From positions 76,260,001 to 76,324,000 of the forward strand of contig NC_086373.1 of NCBI RefSeq assembly GCF_036588685.1: DNA of 64,000 bases. The letters run 5' to 3'. The position numbers and the translations under genes were made by a program. The DNA comes from Mytilus trossulus. Lineage: Eukaryota. Position 1 is the first letter of the stretch. Every line of letters begins with the position of its first letter. Shown here one piece after another: positions 37,739 to 50,196 of this stretch. Below the pieces are notes generated by a model. It was not told where the DNA came from. It made no database searches and saw nothing but the letters and a program-made list of their open reading frames with translations.

Positions 37739-40700
37739 ATGAAGATTGTTTATCATAGTATAAGAACATTGTGGAGATCTCATAGTTTAACATTTGCTCG
37801 TTATAAATACCTGTCAACAATGTCTTCCATTGATGTCAGTAAGGTAGAACAGCTCAATCCTATTATTGGAGTATGTCAATTGACCTGCACAGTGGATAAG
37901 GACAAAAATTTCCAGATTTCTAAAAGTTTGATAGAAAGGGCAAAGAACAAAGGTGCAAAGGTTTGTATTTACCAATTGCGATAAGTATAAGGTGCTATAA
38001 CACCAGTACTCAAAGGTAGCTACATTGAAAACCCATTGGTGGCCTTCAGCTGTTGTCTGCTCTATGGTTGGGTTGTTGTCGCTTTGGCACATTCCCCATT
38101 TCCGTTATCAATTTTTATTTTATTATTCCTAAGGCTCAATAATCCTAAACTGAAGTGTAAGAACCATGCTTTTACTTTTAAAATACAGTCTAGTCAGTCT
38201 GGATTTGACTAAGCACCATACAATCTTTCTTAATGTACTGCAAAATAAGGGCAAAACATGCTGCTATAGGTTAAAATGTCAAACGGAATATATATTGAAA
38301 AGCTTTCATTTATTTCAGTATAGATAAACCTTGCAATCATTAATGCTTTAGGCAAAAGACATTCAGAAACAATATTTTTTTATAGAAAAATAGAAAAACA
38401 GAAAACCACAATAAAAAAAGAACAAATCTAGAAAACACAGAAAGGTCAAGAATGAGCAACATGAACACACCAAGTATATTGAGTATAAATAAAAGAGGAT
38501 ATGAGATGTATATTAATGAGCAAGATACTCAATATCAATACAAAAAAACCTCCATAAAATAAAACATTTCTTTAATTTTAGATGGTATTTCTACCAGAAG
38601 CAGTAGATTATATTGGGGAATCTAAACAACAGAGTATAGACATGGCAGAGGATCTTAATGGTATAACTATATCTAAATATCAAGATTTAGCAAAGCAGCT
38701 AGGAGTATGGATATCTGTTGGGGGATTCCATCAGAAGGTAAACAAGAATTTTCAGTAGATTGTTACTAAATTTTCATCCAACTTTATTTTAAATATATTT
38801 CAAACCTCATTGACGTTAATTAAGTTTAAAGTCAGGTGAGCTGATATCTAGATAAATGTAATTTTATAGGAGCATAATGAATTGTGTAAATACATATATG
38901 TAGAGTAGGTGAGCATTCAATCAAGAGTTGGACACCATGACTTTCATTTCATGTTTCATTGACATAAATTGAGTTGTTGTATATAGTATGTATGTGAATA
39001 TAAGTAAAAAGGACTTCTTTTTTGACAAGGGTTAACATTAGGGCAGAGTTTTGACATTGGTTAAGTTGAATGTTCTTATTCTTTTCTCAGTACTTATAAG
39101 ACTCAGTGTATTCAAACTTGTGAAGAGATCAATAGGTTATTTTCACCAAGTTATATTTTTTTTTACATTTATTCAATTAAACACTGTCCCAGGTTAGGGG
39201 GAGGTTTGGGATCCCGCTAACATGTGTAACCCCGCAACATTATTTATGTATGTGCCTGTCCAGGAGCCTGTAATTCAGTGGTTGTCGTTTGTTTTTGTGT
39301 TACATATTTGTTTTTCGTTCATTTTTTTTATATAAATGAGGCCGTTAGTTTTCTCGTTTGAATTGTTTTACATTGTCATATCAGGGCCTTTTATAGCTGA
39401 CTATGCGGTATCAGCTTTTCTCATTTATGAAGGACGTACGGTGACCTATAGTTGTAAAAGTTTGTCATTTTGGTCTGCTGTGGACAGTTGTCTCATTGGC
39501 AATCATACCACATCTTCATTTATATTTATTGTGCATAACAAGAAAACCTATGTGCTTGTAAATAACCTTAGTTTTAAAGCATGTCTATGCCTGATATGCA
39601 GTTTATAAAAAAGGATAACTTAAATTAAGAATAATCATCTCATGAAAACTGGCATATATATATATATAAGATAGAAAATTAATCTAAAACACAATAAAAT
39701 GTCTTTGCATCCCTACAGTGTATTAGAAGGGGTGTCAGGAGGATGCACATGAGACAACATTCAGGACAAATTCCATACATCTGTCACCGGAGTTATAGCC
39801 CTTTATTAGTTATAAGCAGAGAAAAAGTGTTCTTAGTTTTATACATACATCAATATTTCAGGTTAAAGAAGAAAAAAGATTGCTGAACACACATGTGTTG
39901 ATAGATAACAATGGAGAGATACAATCTACCTACAGTAAAGCTCATTTATTTGACCTTGACATACCAGAGAAGGTCAGACTATGTGAGAGTGATTATACTG
40001 TTCCAGGGGACAGAATGGTATCACCAGTGGAAACACCTGTTGGCAAAGTTGGACTTTCTATTGTATCTTTTCTGTCTCGTATATTAAGATGATGAGGCCA
40101 ATTTTGTTGGTCTATTTTATGGAACTTTATGTCAGTTTCTGAAAATTTGACAAATAATTATACCATTTTAAATGATATAGAAAACCTAAAAAGTATTGTA
40201 GTTCTGTTAATCAAAGACAAAAATCTCTTGATTACTTGTCTTTGTCTTAATAGTTACTCAATGAGGAAAATCAAACCAGCTCTTTACAGTTTGTGATTTT
40301 AGCCAGAACTGACATTATTTTTTTCCTTAACTCAATTAGTGTTATGATTTAAGATTTCCAGAAATGTCTACTGCCTTAGCTAAGGAAGGAGCAGATATAT
40401 TGACATATCCCTCAGCGTTCACAGTACCAACAGGGATGGCTCATTGGGAAGTAGGTAATAAAACAGTATCCCTCTTCTTTCACAATCCCTACAGAGATAT
40501 CTCCCTAAGAAATAGGTAATATATAGGAATCCCTTAGGACTCTATAGTCCTTAAAGTGATTGTTTACTTTATGAAAATGTATCATATCAAATTACTCCTA
40601 TGATCTTAGACAACAACACCTAAGATTTTAAAGAAAGCAAAAGGCAAAATATAATGTGACAAACATATTTTCTAATGATAATGTTGACTGAGGGACTAAC

Positions 40701-43700
40701 GACTAAGCAATTTTCTTCATATTTTATATCTTCAGATGGAAATCAACATTAAACAATAAATTTATATTTGGAATTGATTTTTTTTATTAAAAAAAAACAA
40801 CACGTAAGTGTGATCTTATGGTAATATTACATATCAATCAAGATGTTTTAGGTTTTATTACGAAGTAGAGCTATAGAGACACAGTGTTATGTGGTAGCAG
40901 CAGCTCAGACTGGTAAACATAATGAAAAAAGACAATCCTATGGTCATGCTATGGTAACCTATTTATATCTAATAAGGAGATGTGGTATACTATATACCTA
41001 GTATCATATGAATACACAGTATTATAAATATGGAAAATGCAATAATGAGACTGTGACTCAATAAAAAAAAGATTTTATAATAAAATGAAACGACATTTGG
41101 AGATGGACAAGCTTGACATTAACCTATCTGATAAAGTTGTGAATAAATTTGACTGAGACTAGAAAAAATAAGCCATCAACACTAAATTCCTTAGAGTCAA
41201 AACTAGAGAAAACCACAAAGATTATCAGTTTTCTTTAGTTATACCAATAAGTTCACCTAAGTAAAAACAAATCAATATGATAAATGTGTGCAAACATTGA
41301 TAGATTTTACTTTTTAATTCATATAAAGACTATGAAGACAGACTAGAGCAAGAAAACACATGAATAACAAAAGATTTGCTGGTTTTCTGAAAGTTAAGAT
41401 AACTGTAAATCTGTTAAAGTTATACATATGTAATAAGGAACATTATCTTTTATTGTGCTTATTGTTTTCTTGTTCCTTCTGTTCATTGAATAACACATTT
41501 GTCCTTTAGAATTGTCAATAAAAGAATCATCCTAAATATACATGAAATACTTGCCACTGGACATAAAGCAACCAATTACAAATCAATCATGATTTAGAAC
41601 CATTTCATATTATTTGAACTACCTGTAAATGTTCATACAGCTTCATTAGCAGAATTGATATTTTACTAATACAGGTAGTAGATCCCTGGGGAGCAGTAAT
41701 TGCACAGTGTAGAGAAGGTACAGATGTATGTGTAGCAGAAATAGATCTTTCCTATCTCAAAAGTGTCAGGACCAACATGCCAATATGGAGTCATAGAAGA
41801 CCAGACTTGTATGGAGAAATACAAAATTTATCAAAAAGTAATTTAACTTAACATTTTTATGATTCTTAAATGGCACTGGGATATCTTAAATAATAAACTA
41901 TTATTACATTATATTACTGGTAAATTAAAGTTGACGTATTAAAAAATACAAGATGAAAGAAGATGCATTTATTGCTCTTGGTACAATTCAGATTCTCAAT
42001 CTCAAGTTTCTATTTAATGTTATATGGACTATTGTTTTGCTGAGCATCATTTGTCATGTTTGTATGATTTCTTTAATTTTTGTTTTCACTTGTCAGAAAA
42101 GTGAATATATAAATAAATTGTAGATATTACTAGGAATACAGTGATTTCCTTGGTAACTTCATTTTACCAATATATTTCTTTTCAGGTTCAGGCTGTGATA
42201 TTGATAGTGAAGAGAAGTATCAGTTTGGACATTGTTGGATTAAAAACACTCAGGTTTTCTATAAAACCAAATTAAGTTATGCTTTTGTGAATATTAAACC
42301 AGTTTTTCCTGGTCATATCCTTTTAAAAAAAATTACATAAAAGTGTTCGTTTAGTGGAGGTTGTGAAATTGACAAAACATTAGTAACATAAACAATAGAC
42401 AACTTTCGAGTTCGATGCATTTCATCAAAACTCTGGTTTTAGTGAATATCATTGGTGCTTTTAGGGCCATTGTCACTTCCTTTCTAATGTTGAGCTAGTG
42501 GTTGGAAAACTATAATGCTTTATTGCAAGAATTATTCTGCAAAATAAATTCTCATAATTGACAATCAGCACTGCTGTCATTAGGGAATTGTGATTAGGTA
42601 CTTACAAAACAAACATCATTTCTAGTTGATCCTGCACAATGATGATCACTTAGATGCTTGATGAATGTTAATAGTGCAGAGATACAGGCGATCCCCTTGG
42701 TCTGGAAAATGATGTCATAAAGGCGTGCATAATTGACGATTTTTTCCTGTGACGGGTGAACTCGAAAGTGGTCTATTGAATTATCACATTCTAAACAATT
42801 TTAAGATCTCTGCTGTAATAAATTGAGAGAATACAGTTAAAATTGTGCTCATTTTCAATTTTGCAATTATTTATATTTTTCATTGGTAAAGCACAAGCAG
42901 AAAATTGAGTGCTCAATAAAATACAAAATTGTAGGTAGTTGTGATGACAGAGATGAACAAATATCAATGTAAGGTACTCATTGAAAAACTAATATTTGTC
43001 ATATTTACAGTTTTATTACCACAGTAAATCATATACTTTCTTTGCTGTGAATAAGTCAGTTTTATATTCTGTATACCTTTTTTCCCAAAACAACGATTGC
43101 AATTCAATATCCTTAACGTCAATGTACATGTATTAGTTGCCTCTTTACGACCAGCAGAGAGACTTAGTGACTTGTCACCTACAGAAATATCAGATTTGTT
43201 CAACACAGTTCAGACTGTATCCAATGTAATACAGAAGCATTTCAAGGGGACATCACTTACAGTTGCTGTTCAGGATGGCAAAGAGGCTGGACAAACAGTT
43301 AAGGTAACTTTACTATGTATTTACTAAAAGCTATGGATAGATAAAACTATATTTGTGTGACAAAATTGTACAAAGATAGCAGTTCAGTTTAAAGAAAAGT
43401 TTAAAGTCATTTTCATTTTCTTATCAGCAAAATTTCATTGAAATATAATTGAAGAAAAAAGGTTTATTGTTGTGTCCAATCATGATAACTCTACATCAGT
43501 AATTACAACCGATTTATTTTTTCAGCATGTTCATGTACACATTCTGCCAAGAAGAGAGCAAGATATACCAAATAATGATGATATATATCATGAGGTATGC
43601 ATACTTAACTGTTTGTGTTCTTTTCTAAATACACAGTTAGAATCGCAATATCAAAGAACCTCAATAATTGAATTTTGATGAAATCAAACAAAGTGTAATT

Positions 43701-44656
43701 TTAGACCCTTTGGACCTCATGTGATCCAATTTAAAATGGAGACAAAATTCCAAAAACTTAACACACGGTAGGATTCAGCATATTTAAGTACCCCAGGAAT
43801 TCAAGACGGAAACCCCATTGAAATTGGTCAAGAAATTAGCTATTTATACAAAGTATGAGAAAAGTATTGTTTTTGGCCCCTTTTTTGTCCCTTATTCCTT
43901 AACAGTTTGCGCCATAACCTCCAAATTCAATCCCAACCTTCCTTTTTACAAATGGAACCTTGTGGTACAATTTCAGAAAGATCCATACTCTAACACATAA
44001 GTAATTGCCTCGAAACAAGAAAAATACTTATTTTGACCCCTTTTGGGCCCTTTGTTCCTAAACTGTTGAGACCAAAAAAAAAAAAAATCAATCCCAACCT
44101 TCCTTTATTGGTTAAAATAAAACCTTATGTTAAAATTTAATTGATTTCTATTTACTTCTACTAAGGTTATTATCAGGAAACCATCCGTCCTCGGACAACA
44201 ACGTTGACGATGAGGACAACGTGATACCAATATACGACCAATCATTTTTTATTTTTTTTGTGGTCGTATAAAAATGATATAGGTAGGCCTTATAGGGTAA
44301 ACATAGAAAAGTAAAATACAATATAGCATAAGAAGGTCCTTTACTTTTATAATGTTGAGGTCGGTTGATTTTACATCATACAGAAAGCCCAAGGAGCCAT
44401 ACTTAGATTGTTATTCAGAAAATGAGATCATTAATTGAAATGTAAACTTTTATAAATACTGTGTTTAATAGTTCCAGTTATCATTTCAGCTACTAAAAAA
44501 ATATTTGAAAAGATTATTTATGAATATTATATTATGGTTTTTAAATTTTATTTACAGCTTGAGAAGCACGATAAAGAAATGTTACAGTCTGATATGAGAC
44601 CTGAAGAAGAGATGGAGAAAGAATCTAGAGAATTACGAAAGTATTTTAACCCATAG
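37739..44656 (+). CDS. NitFhit: Nitrilase and fragile histidine triad fusion protein NitFhit (NIT1-like amidase + FHIT-like Ap3A hydrolase)
   Basis: Exons 37739-37960, 38582-38737, 39862-40062, 40340-40450, 40852-40953, 41675-41837, 42186-42314, 43128-43303, 43526-43594, 44558-44656 (TAG). Nitrilase triad FLPE / YSKAHLFD / ICYDLRFPE, plus RAIETQCYV and VDPWG. FHIT motifs [22 protein letters not shown] and HVHVHILPR. Probable non-coding first exon ends at 36163 (AAG|GTATAT). Confidence 0.93.
39185..39525 (+). repeat. Copy of the dispersed SINE-like repeat
   Basis: Colinear with 29900-30210. Confidence 0.7.
40063..40339 (+). other. U12-type (minor spliceosome) GT-AG intron in NitFhit
   Basis: 5' site GTATCTTTT; branch TTTTCCTTAAC at 40321-40331, 8 nt before the exon with no polypyrimidine tract. 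Splicing restores GLSI|CYDLRF. Confidence 0.85.
42315..43127 (+). other. U12-type AT-AC intron in NitFhit
   Basis: 5' site ATATCCTTTT; branch TCCTTAAC at 43110-43117; 3' end GTAC. Splicing restores PG-H(C|AT)-VLV of FHIT in frame. Confidence 0.92.
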
Positions 44657-45927
44657 ACTGAATTGAAATGGAAAAGCCAATGGACACTTGTTGCAATACA
44701 TTTAGTGTTACTTTGTCAATCTCAGTTATTCAGATCTTCTTTTATTAAACAGAAATGCATAGTATCTCATCAAAATGAACATTGCAATGAAAAGCACTGT
44801 TGCCCTCTTTAACTGAAGGAACCCCATCACTTTCAGAATGTATATTTTTGTGGTTAGATTTAATTAGACTAACTTTGACAAAAAGGTGGTGGTTGACTTA
44901 CTATAAGTCACCCCTGGTTTTGATACTAATTAGGAATAGAAATAGTTAAGGTTCATGTTTTTACTGAAGCAAGGAGAGATTAGTAATTGGGTTGTCACTC
45001 AGTTGTTAAGGAGTGGGGCCTCCCCTCCACCCAACAAAGCTGAAAACAGTAAAGAACAAAAACATCAGTTGCATGTTATAGTTAATAAGCAGATATCATG
45101 AACATTCTCATTAAAAAAATAATTTACAGTACATAAATTTAATATAACTCAAGAATTTCCTTAATTTTAACAAGTACAACAAAGATTTCAAAATGATTTT
45201 TGATTGTAATCAGATTTTATTTTAAGTATTGCATTATAAAAGTGGATACTTATAACAGATTTTTTTGTTAAAGGGAAACTTCGCAAAAAAATCAAAAATT
45301 GATATTATGTCCGTCCATTCTGTATAAAAATGCTCAAATTTATAAATATTAAAGTTTTATTCCGCTAGATAAGAGATCACCATCGATTTTAAATTTTGAG
45401 TATCAGTTCTCTGCCTTCCGCCATTTTGTTATCTTGTTCAAATAAAAATCACGATATGTCTATAAACCACAAAGAAACAAAACTACAGTAACCGATGTAG
45501 TCTTAATTACGTGTCGATATCTTGTCAATCGTACGGTTGTTTTATCTGACTAACTAACTTGATACGGAAAATGTTCTTATTTTTTTAATAACCATATAGT
45601 CTGTTATTTTTAAACTGTTAATATTGGAATTAGTTAAAAAGTCAAAGTTCAAATCATAAATAAGTGTTCTGTTAGGCAGAGTTTTGTTTTATAAGGAGGT
45701 TTTTAAGATTTTTTAATTCTGGTTATATTCTTTTAAAAGGTGTACATGAGAATATTTCATTTTGCTATTGCTTTAGCAATAAAAATATTGAATGCTGTAT
45801 AAGTGTTTATTCCTTCATTATTGCATTTATATTATGAGTAGACATATGTTAACACAATTGTCAGTAGAAGTAGGTATTAAAGTAGATTTTATATAGGAAT
45901 CCAAAAAAAACTGAAAATATTGCTTTT

Positions 45928-47105
45928 TTAGCTTACCTGGCCCAAAGGACCAAGTGAGCTTTTCTCATCACTTAGGGTCCATCGTTGTTAACTTTTATAA
46001 AAATGGCCACAACCATTATTGGGGTATCTAGTTACAAAAATGTGTCCAGTGATCGGGCCAAACAACCAAGATGACCACCATGGCTCAAAATAGAACGTAG
46101 GGTTAAAATACAGTTTTTGGCTTATATCTCTGAAACCTAAGCAAATCTGACATGGGGTGAAATTGTTTTTAAGGTCAAGATCTATCTGCCCTGAAATTTT
46201 CAGATGAAACGGACAACCTGCTGTTGGGTTGCTGCCCCAGAATTGGTCATTTTAAGGAAATTTTGCCGTTTTTGGTTATTATCTTGAATATTATTATAGA
46301 TAGAGGTAAACTGTAAACAGCAATAATGTTCAGCAAAGTAAGATCTACAAATAAGTCAACAAAACCAAAATGATCAGTTGACCCCTTTAGTAGTTATTGC
46401 CCTTTATAGTCAATTTTTAACCATTTTTCGTAAATCTTGGTTAATATCTTTTACAAAAAACTTCTCCACTGAAACTACAGGGCCAAATTAAACCAAACTT
46501 AGCCACAATCATTATTGGGGTATTTAGTTTAAAAAAATACCCTGCCAACCAACCAAGATAGCTGCCATTGCTAAACATAGAACATAGGGGTAAAATGCAA
46601 TTTCTGGCTTATAATTCAAAAACCAAAGCATTTAGAGCAAATCTGACAGGCAGTGAAATTGTTTATTAGGTCAAGAAATATCTGCTCTAAAATTTTCAGA
46701 TGAATTGGACAACTAGTTGTTAGGTTGCTACCCCTGAATTTGTAATTTTAAGGAAATTTTGCCGTTTTTTGTTATTATCTTGAATATTATTATAGATGGA
46801 GATGAACTGTAAACAGCAATAATTTACAAAAAGTAAGACCTAAAAATAAGTCAACATGACCAAAATGGTCAAATGCCCCCCTAAGGATTTATAGCCCTTT
46901 ATAGTCAATTTTTAACAATTTTCATAAAATTTGTAAATTTTTACTAACATTTTCCACTGAAACTACTGAGCCAATCATTATAGATAGAGATAATTGTAAG
47001 CAGCAAGAATGTTCAGTAAAGTAAGATCTACAAACGCATCACCATCACCAAAACACATGAATCCATCTTTGTCCTTTGTTGAATATTCACATAGAGCCTC
47101 TAGTT
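45928..47105 (+). mobile_element. HINE-like element family A, copy 4 (3' inverted repeat deleted)
   Basis: 5' TTAGCTTACCTGGCCCAAAGGACCAAGTGAGC; two ~500-bp units; ends AGAGCCTCTAGTTT. Confidence 0.82.
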
Positions 47106-47998
47106 TATCTTTCATGTTGTTTAGGTTATAACTTGTAAGGCTTCTTTGAAATAGATGTAAAACAAGTTTTCTTTATATGGTACATGTCTCTGGACAAATG
47201 AACTATTGGAGTTAGGTCAGGGTCAGATGAACTTGACAGATGTGTGCACCTCTGAATAATTTCAATCACACCAATCATTCCATAAACCAAATATAGTGAA
47301 AATGATGTCAAGGGCAATGGTCATTATTGACATAAGACTCACTGAAACTTTATATTATAAGGCATTTGTCTGCATGGTGGGAAGCATCCAGGTCTTCTAT
47401 CCACTTGTCAATGGTGATAAAAACTACATTGACCAATGAATCATGAAAATTTGGTCAAGGTCAGATGAGACCTGCCAGACACACATGTGCACCATACAAT
47501 TAATTTGTATACCAAGTGAAATTGACAATAGTCTTATAGTACTAGAGGATTAGACCTTACAATTAAAACTTTACATTGACCAATGAACCATGAAAATGAG
47601 GTCAAGGTCAGATGAGCTAGACAGAATTTTTCATCTTTATACAATCATTCCATACATCAAAATATAGTTGAACTACTGCTTATAGTTGTGGATACACAGA
47701 TTTAAATACAAGAGTGCACACGCTGAAATGTCTCGCCTTCCTTTCTAACCATTGATATTATGTTGATAGTCATAAATAGAAAGCTTTACTACAACTATTA
47801 CATAAACTTAACATGATCTTAGAAAATGAGGTCAAGGTCATATAAAAACAACAGCAAATACATGTACATCTTACAATCATGCAATGCACTAAATATAGTT
47901 ACTGCTTATAGTTTCAAAGAACAGACTGGACCAAGAAAACTAAACATTCAACACTGAAAATGAGGTCAAGATCAGATGAACCAGGCAGACAGTTACAG

Positions 47999-48485
47999 TT
48001 ACGATATTCCCGTGCTTGCATTTCCTATCATGATTTTCTTGATAGAGGGTTACTGCTCACAAGGAAGCTATTAAACCAAGAGTTCCAAATGGTGAAGTTT
48101 AATTCATCCCTTCGTAAATTTTACGAACGCCATCACGAGTTGGTTGACCGTTATGGAATAACCGTTTCACAAATAATATCGGATATGTTCCTTACGTCGT
48201 AACTACAATCCCCTTCCCTTTCATGAATTTGACCTACCGGATTTGTAATCACATAGTGGCAACACGACGGGTGCCGCATGTGGAGCAGGATCTGCTTACC
48301 CTTCCAGAGCACCTGAGATCACCCCTAGTTTTTGGTGGGGTTTGTGTTGTTTATTCTTTAGTTTTCTATGTTGTGTCATGTGTACTATTGTTTTTCTGTT
48401 TGTCTTTTTCATTTTTAGCCATGGCGTTGTCAGTTTGTTTGAGATTTCTGAGTTTGACTGTCCCTTGGTATCTTTCGTCCCTCTT
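47999..48485 (+). mobile_element. 3' fragment of a Penelope-like retroelement (RT C-terminal/thumb region plus trailer)
   Basis: Translation LRYSRACISYHDFLDRGLLLTRKLLNQEF...LRKFYERH resembles the PLE RT C-terminus (recalled, not searched). Interrupts a satellite unit with TTACAG at both junctions. A related trailer remnant lies at ~62970-63175. Confidence 0.65.
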
Positions 48486-48977
48486 TTACAGCCTACAATT
48501 CTTCCATACAACAAATATAGTTGACCTAATACCTATATATTATAGTTTAAGAAAAACAGAGCACAACACATAAACTTAACACCGAGCAATGAACCATAAA
48601 AAAATGTTGAGGTCAAATAAAACCTATGAGACAGACATATGCATCATAACATATTTCCATACACCAAATATAGTTGACCTATTGCATATAGTATTAAAAA
48701 AAAGATCAAAATTCAAAAACTTAACTTTGACTACTGAATCATGAAAGTTATGTCAAGGTCAGATGACATCTGCCAGTGGGACATGTACACCTTACAATCA
48801 TTCCATACACCAAAGTTGATAAACCTATGGAGAAACAGTTTAAGAAAATAAGACCAAAATACAAAAACTTAACCATAACCATTGAACCCTGAAAATTAGG
48901 TCTGACAAGGTCGATGACACCTGCGTGTTTTACACTCCTTCCATACACAAAATATACTCTAGATCTATTGCTTATAG

Positions 48978-49013
48978 CAGAGACATATAATACAATTGTA
49001 TTATATGTCTCTG
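48978..49013. mobile_element. 36-bp perfect palindrome with 7-bp TSD (P-element-like footprint or micro-element)
   Basis: CTTATAG|CAGAGACATATAATACAA TTGTATTATATGTCTCTG|CTTATAG. Confidence 0.8.
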
Positions 49014-50196
49014 CTTATAGTATCTGAGATATGTACTTGACCACCAAAACTTAACCTTGTTAACTCATCCATGAAATGAGGTCGAGGTCAGGTGAAAACT
49101 GTGTGATAGGTATGAGGACCTTGCAAGGTAGGCACATACCTGTCCAAATATATTTATCCTGCTAATATTACCTATAATAAGAGAAATAAACATTACAAAA
49201 ACACTTTTTGATTCAATTAGTCACTGAACCATGAAAATGAGGTCAATGACAATGGACATGTGACAGACGGAAACTTCGTAACATAAAGCATCGGTATCGA
49301 GTCAAAATATGAAGCATCCAGGTCTTCCACATTCTAAAATATTAAGCTTTTAACAAGTTAGCAAATGCCGCCGGATCGCTATCCCTACATCGAGCCTGCG
49401 ACAACGAAAGACTTACTATTGGCCAATGAACTATCAAAGACAAGACCATCTTACAATCAATCCATAAATCAAATATAAAGTTGACATACTGCTCAAAGTA
49501 TCTGAGAGATAGACCTGTTTACGAAAATTAGTGTTGCTCGCTGATCCATAAAATAAAGTCGAGGTCAGGTGTGCCTTAATTGTTTCACGGACACCTAGAC
49601 CTCGCAAGAAAGGTCTTTACAAAATATTATTTATCCGGATTCCCAGTTCCCATTAGTGAGAAATTTACACGACAAAAAGTATAAGAATTTTAAAGTTTGT
49701 TCTTATGTTTGTGCTGTTACAACAATGTCACAGGTTAACATTCGGTATGTGCAAATCCAATGTCAGGAGCATAGATAATTTAGAGATCGTTGTTTGTTGA
49801 TGTATTAATTTTAGTTTCTCGTTTGTTTGACTTTTAAACTCAAATCAGATCAGACTGTTGGTTTTCTCGTTTGCTAAGTTTTAGTAATACATTTGTCGAA
49901 CCCTTTATAGATCTTTATAGCATGCTATGAGGTATGGGCTCTGTTCATTGTTATAGTTCGTATGGTGACTTGAGTTGCTCATATCTATACGTTTACTTAT
50001 TTCGTCTCTGGTAAATCGAAATCCGTATGTGTCACATACTGCCTCTTTCATCTAAAACCTTCTTATATTTTTAAAAAGAGGAATTTGCTAGCTATACTTT
50101 CTTTTACTGTGATTAGATGGTTGAAGCTTTGATCTTATCAGTTAATTTTGAATTCACAAACATGTGTAGACATTACTCTACTTGACTTTTCGTGAT

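Larger units (their letters stand above)
47708..49410 (-). mobile_element. Degenerate HINE-like element / dispersed satellite array (GAGGTCAAGGTCAG units) with nested insertions
   Basis: Recurring TGAAAATGAGGTCAAGGTCAG...CCATAC..CAAATATAG units of ~140-170 bp, also extending into 47130-47700 and 49420-49680; terminus ACAAGAGTGCACACGCTGAAATGTCTCGCC. Confidence 0.6.

Noticed and set aside
10849-47105. All four family-A HINE copies share the same orientation
   Set aside because: A 1-in-8 chance event, and another HINE-like element in the window is reversed.
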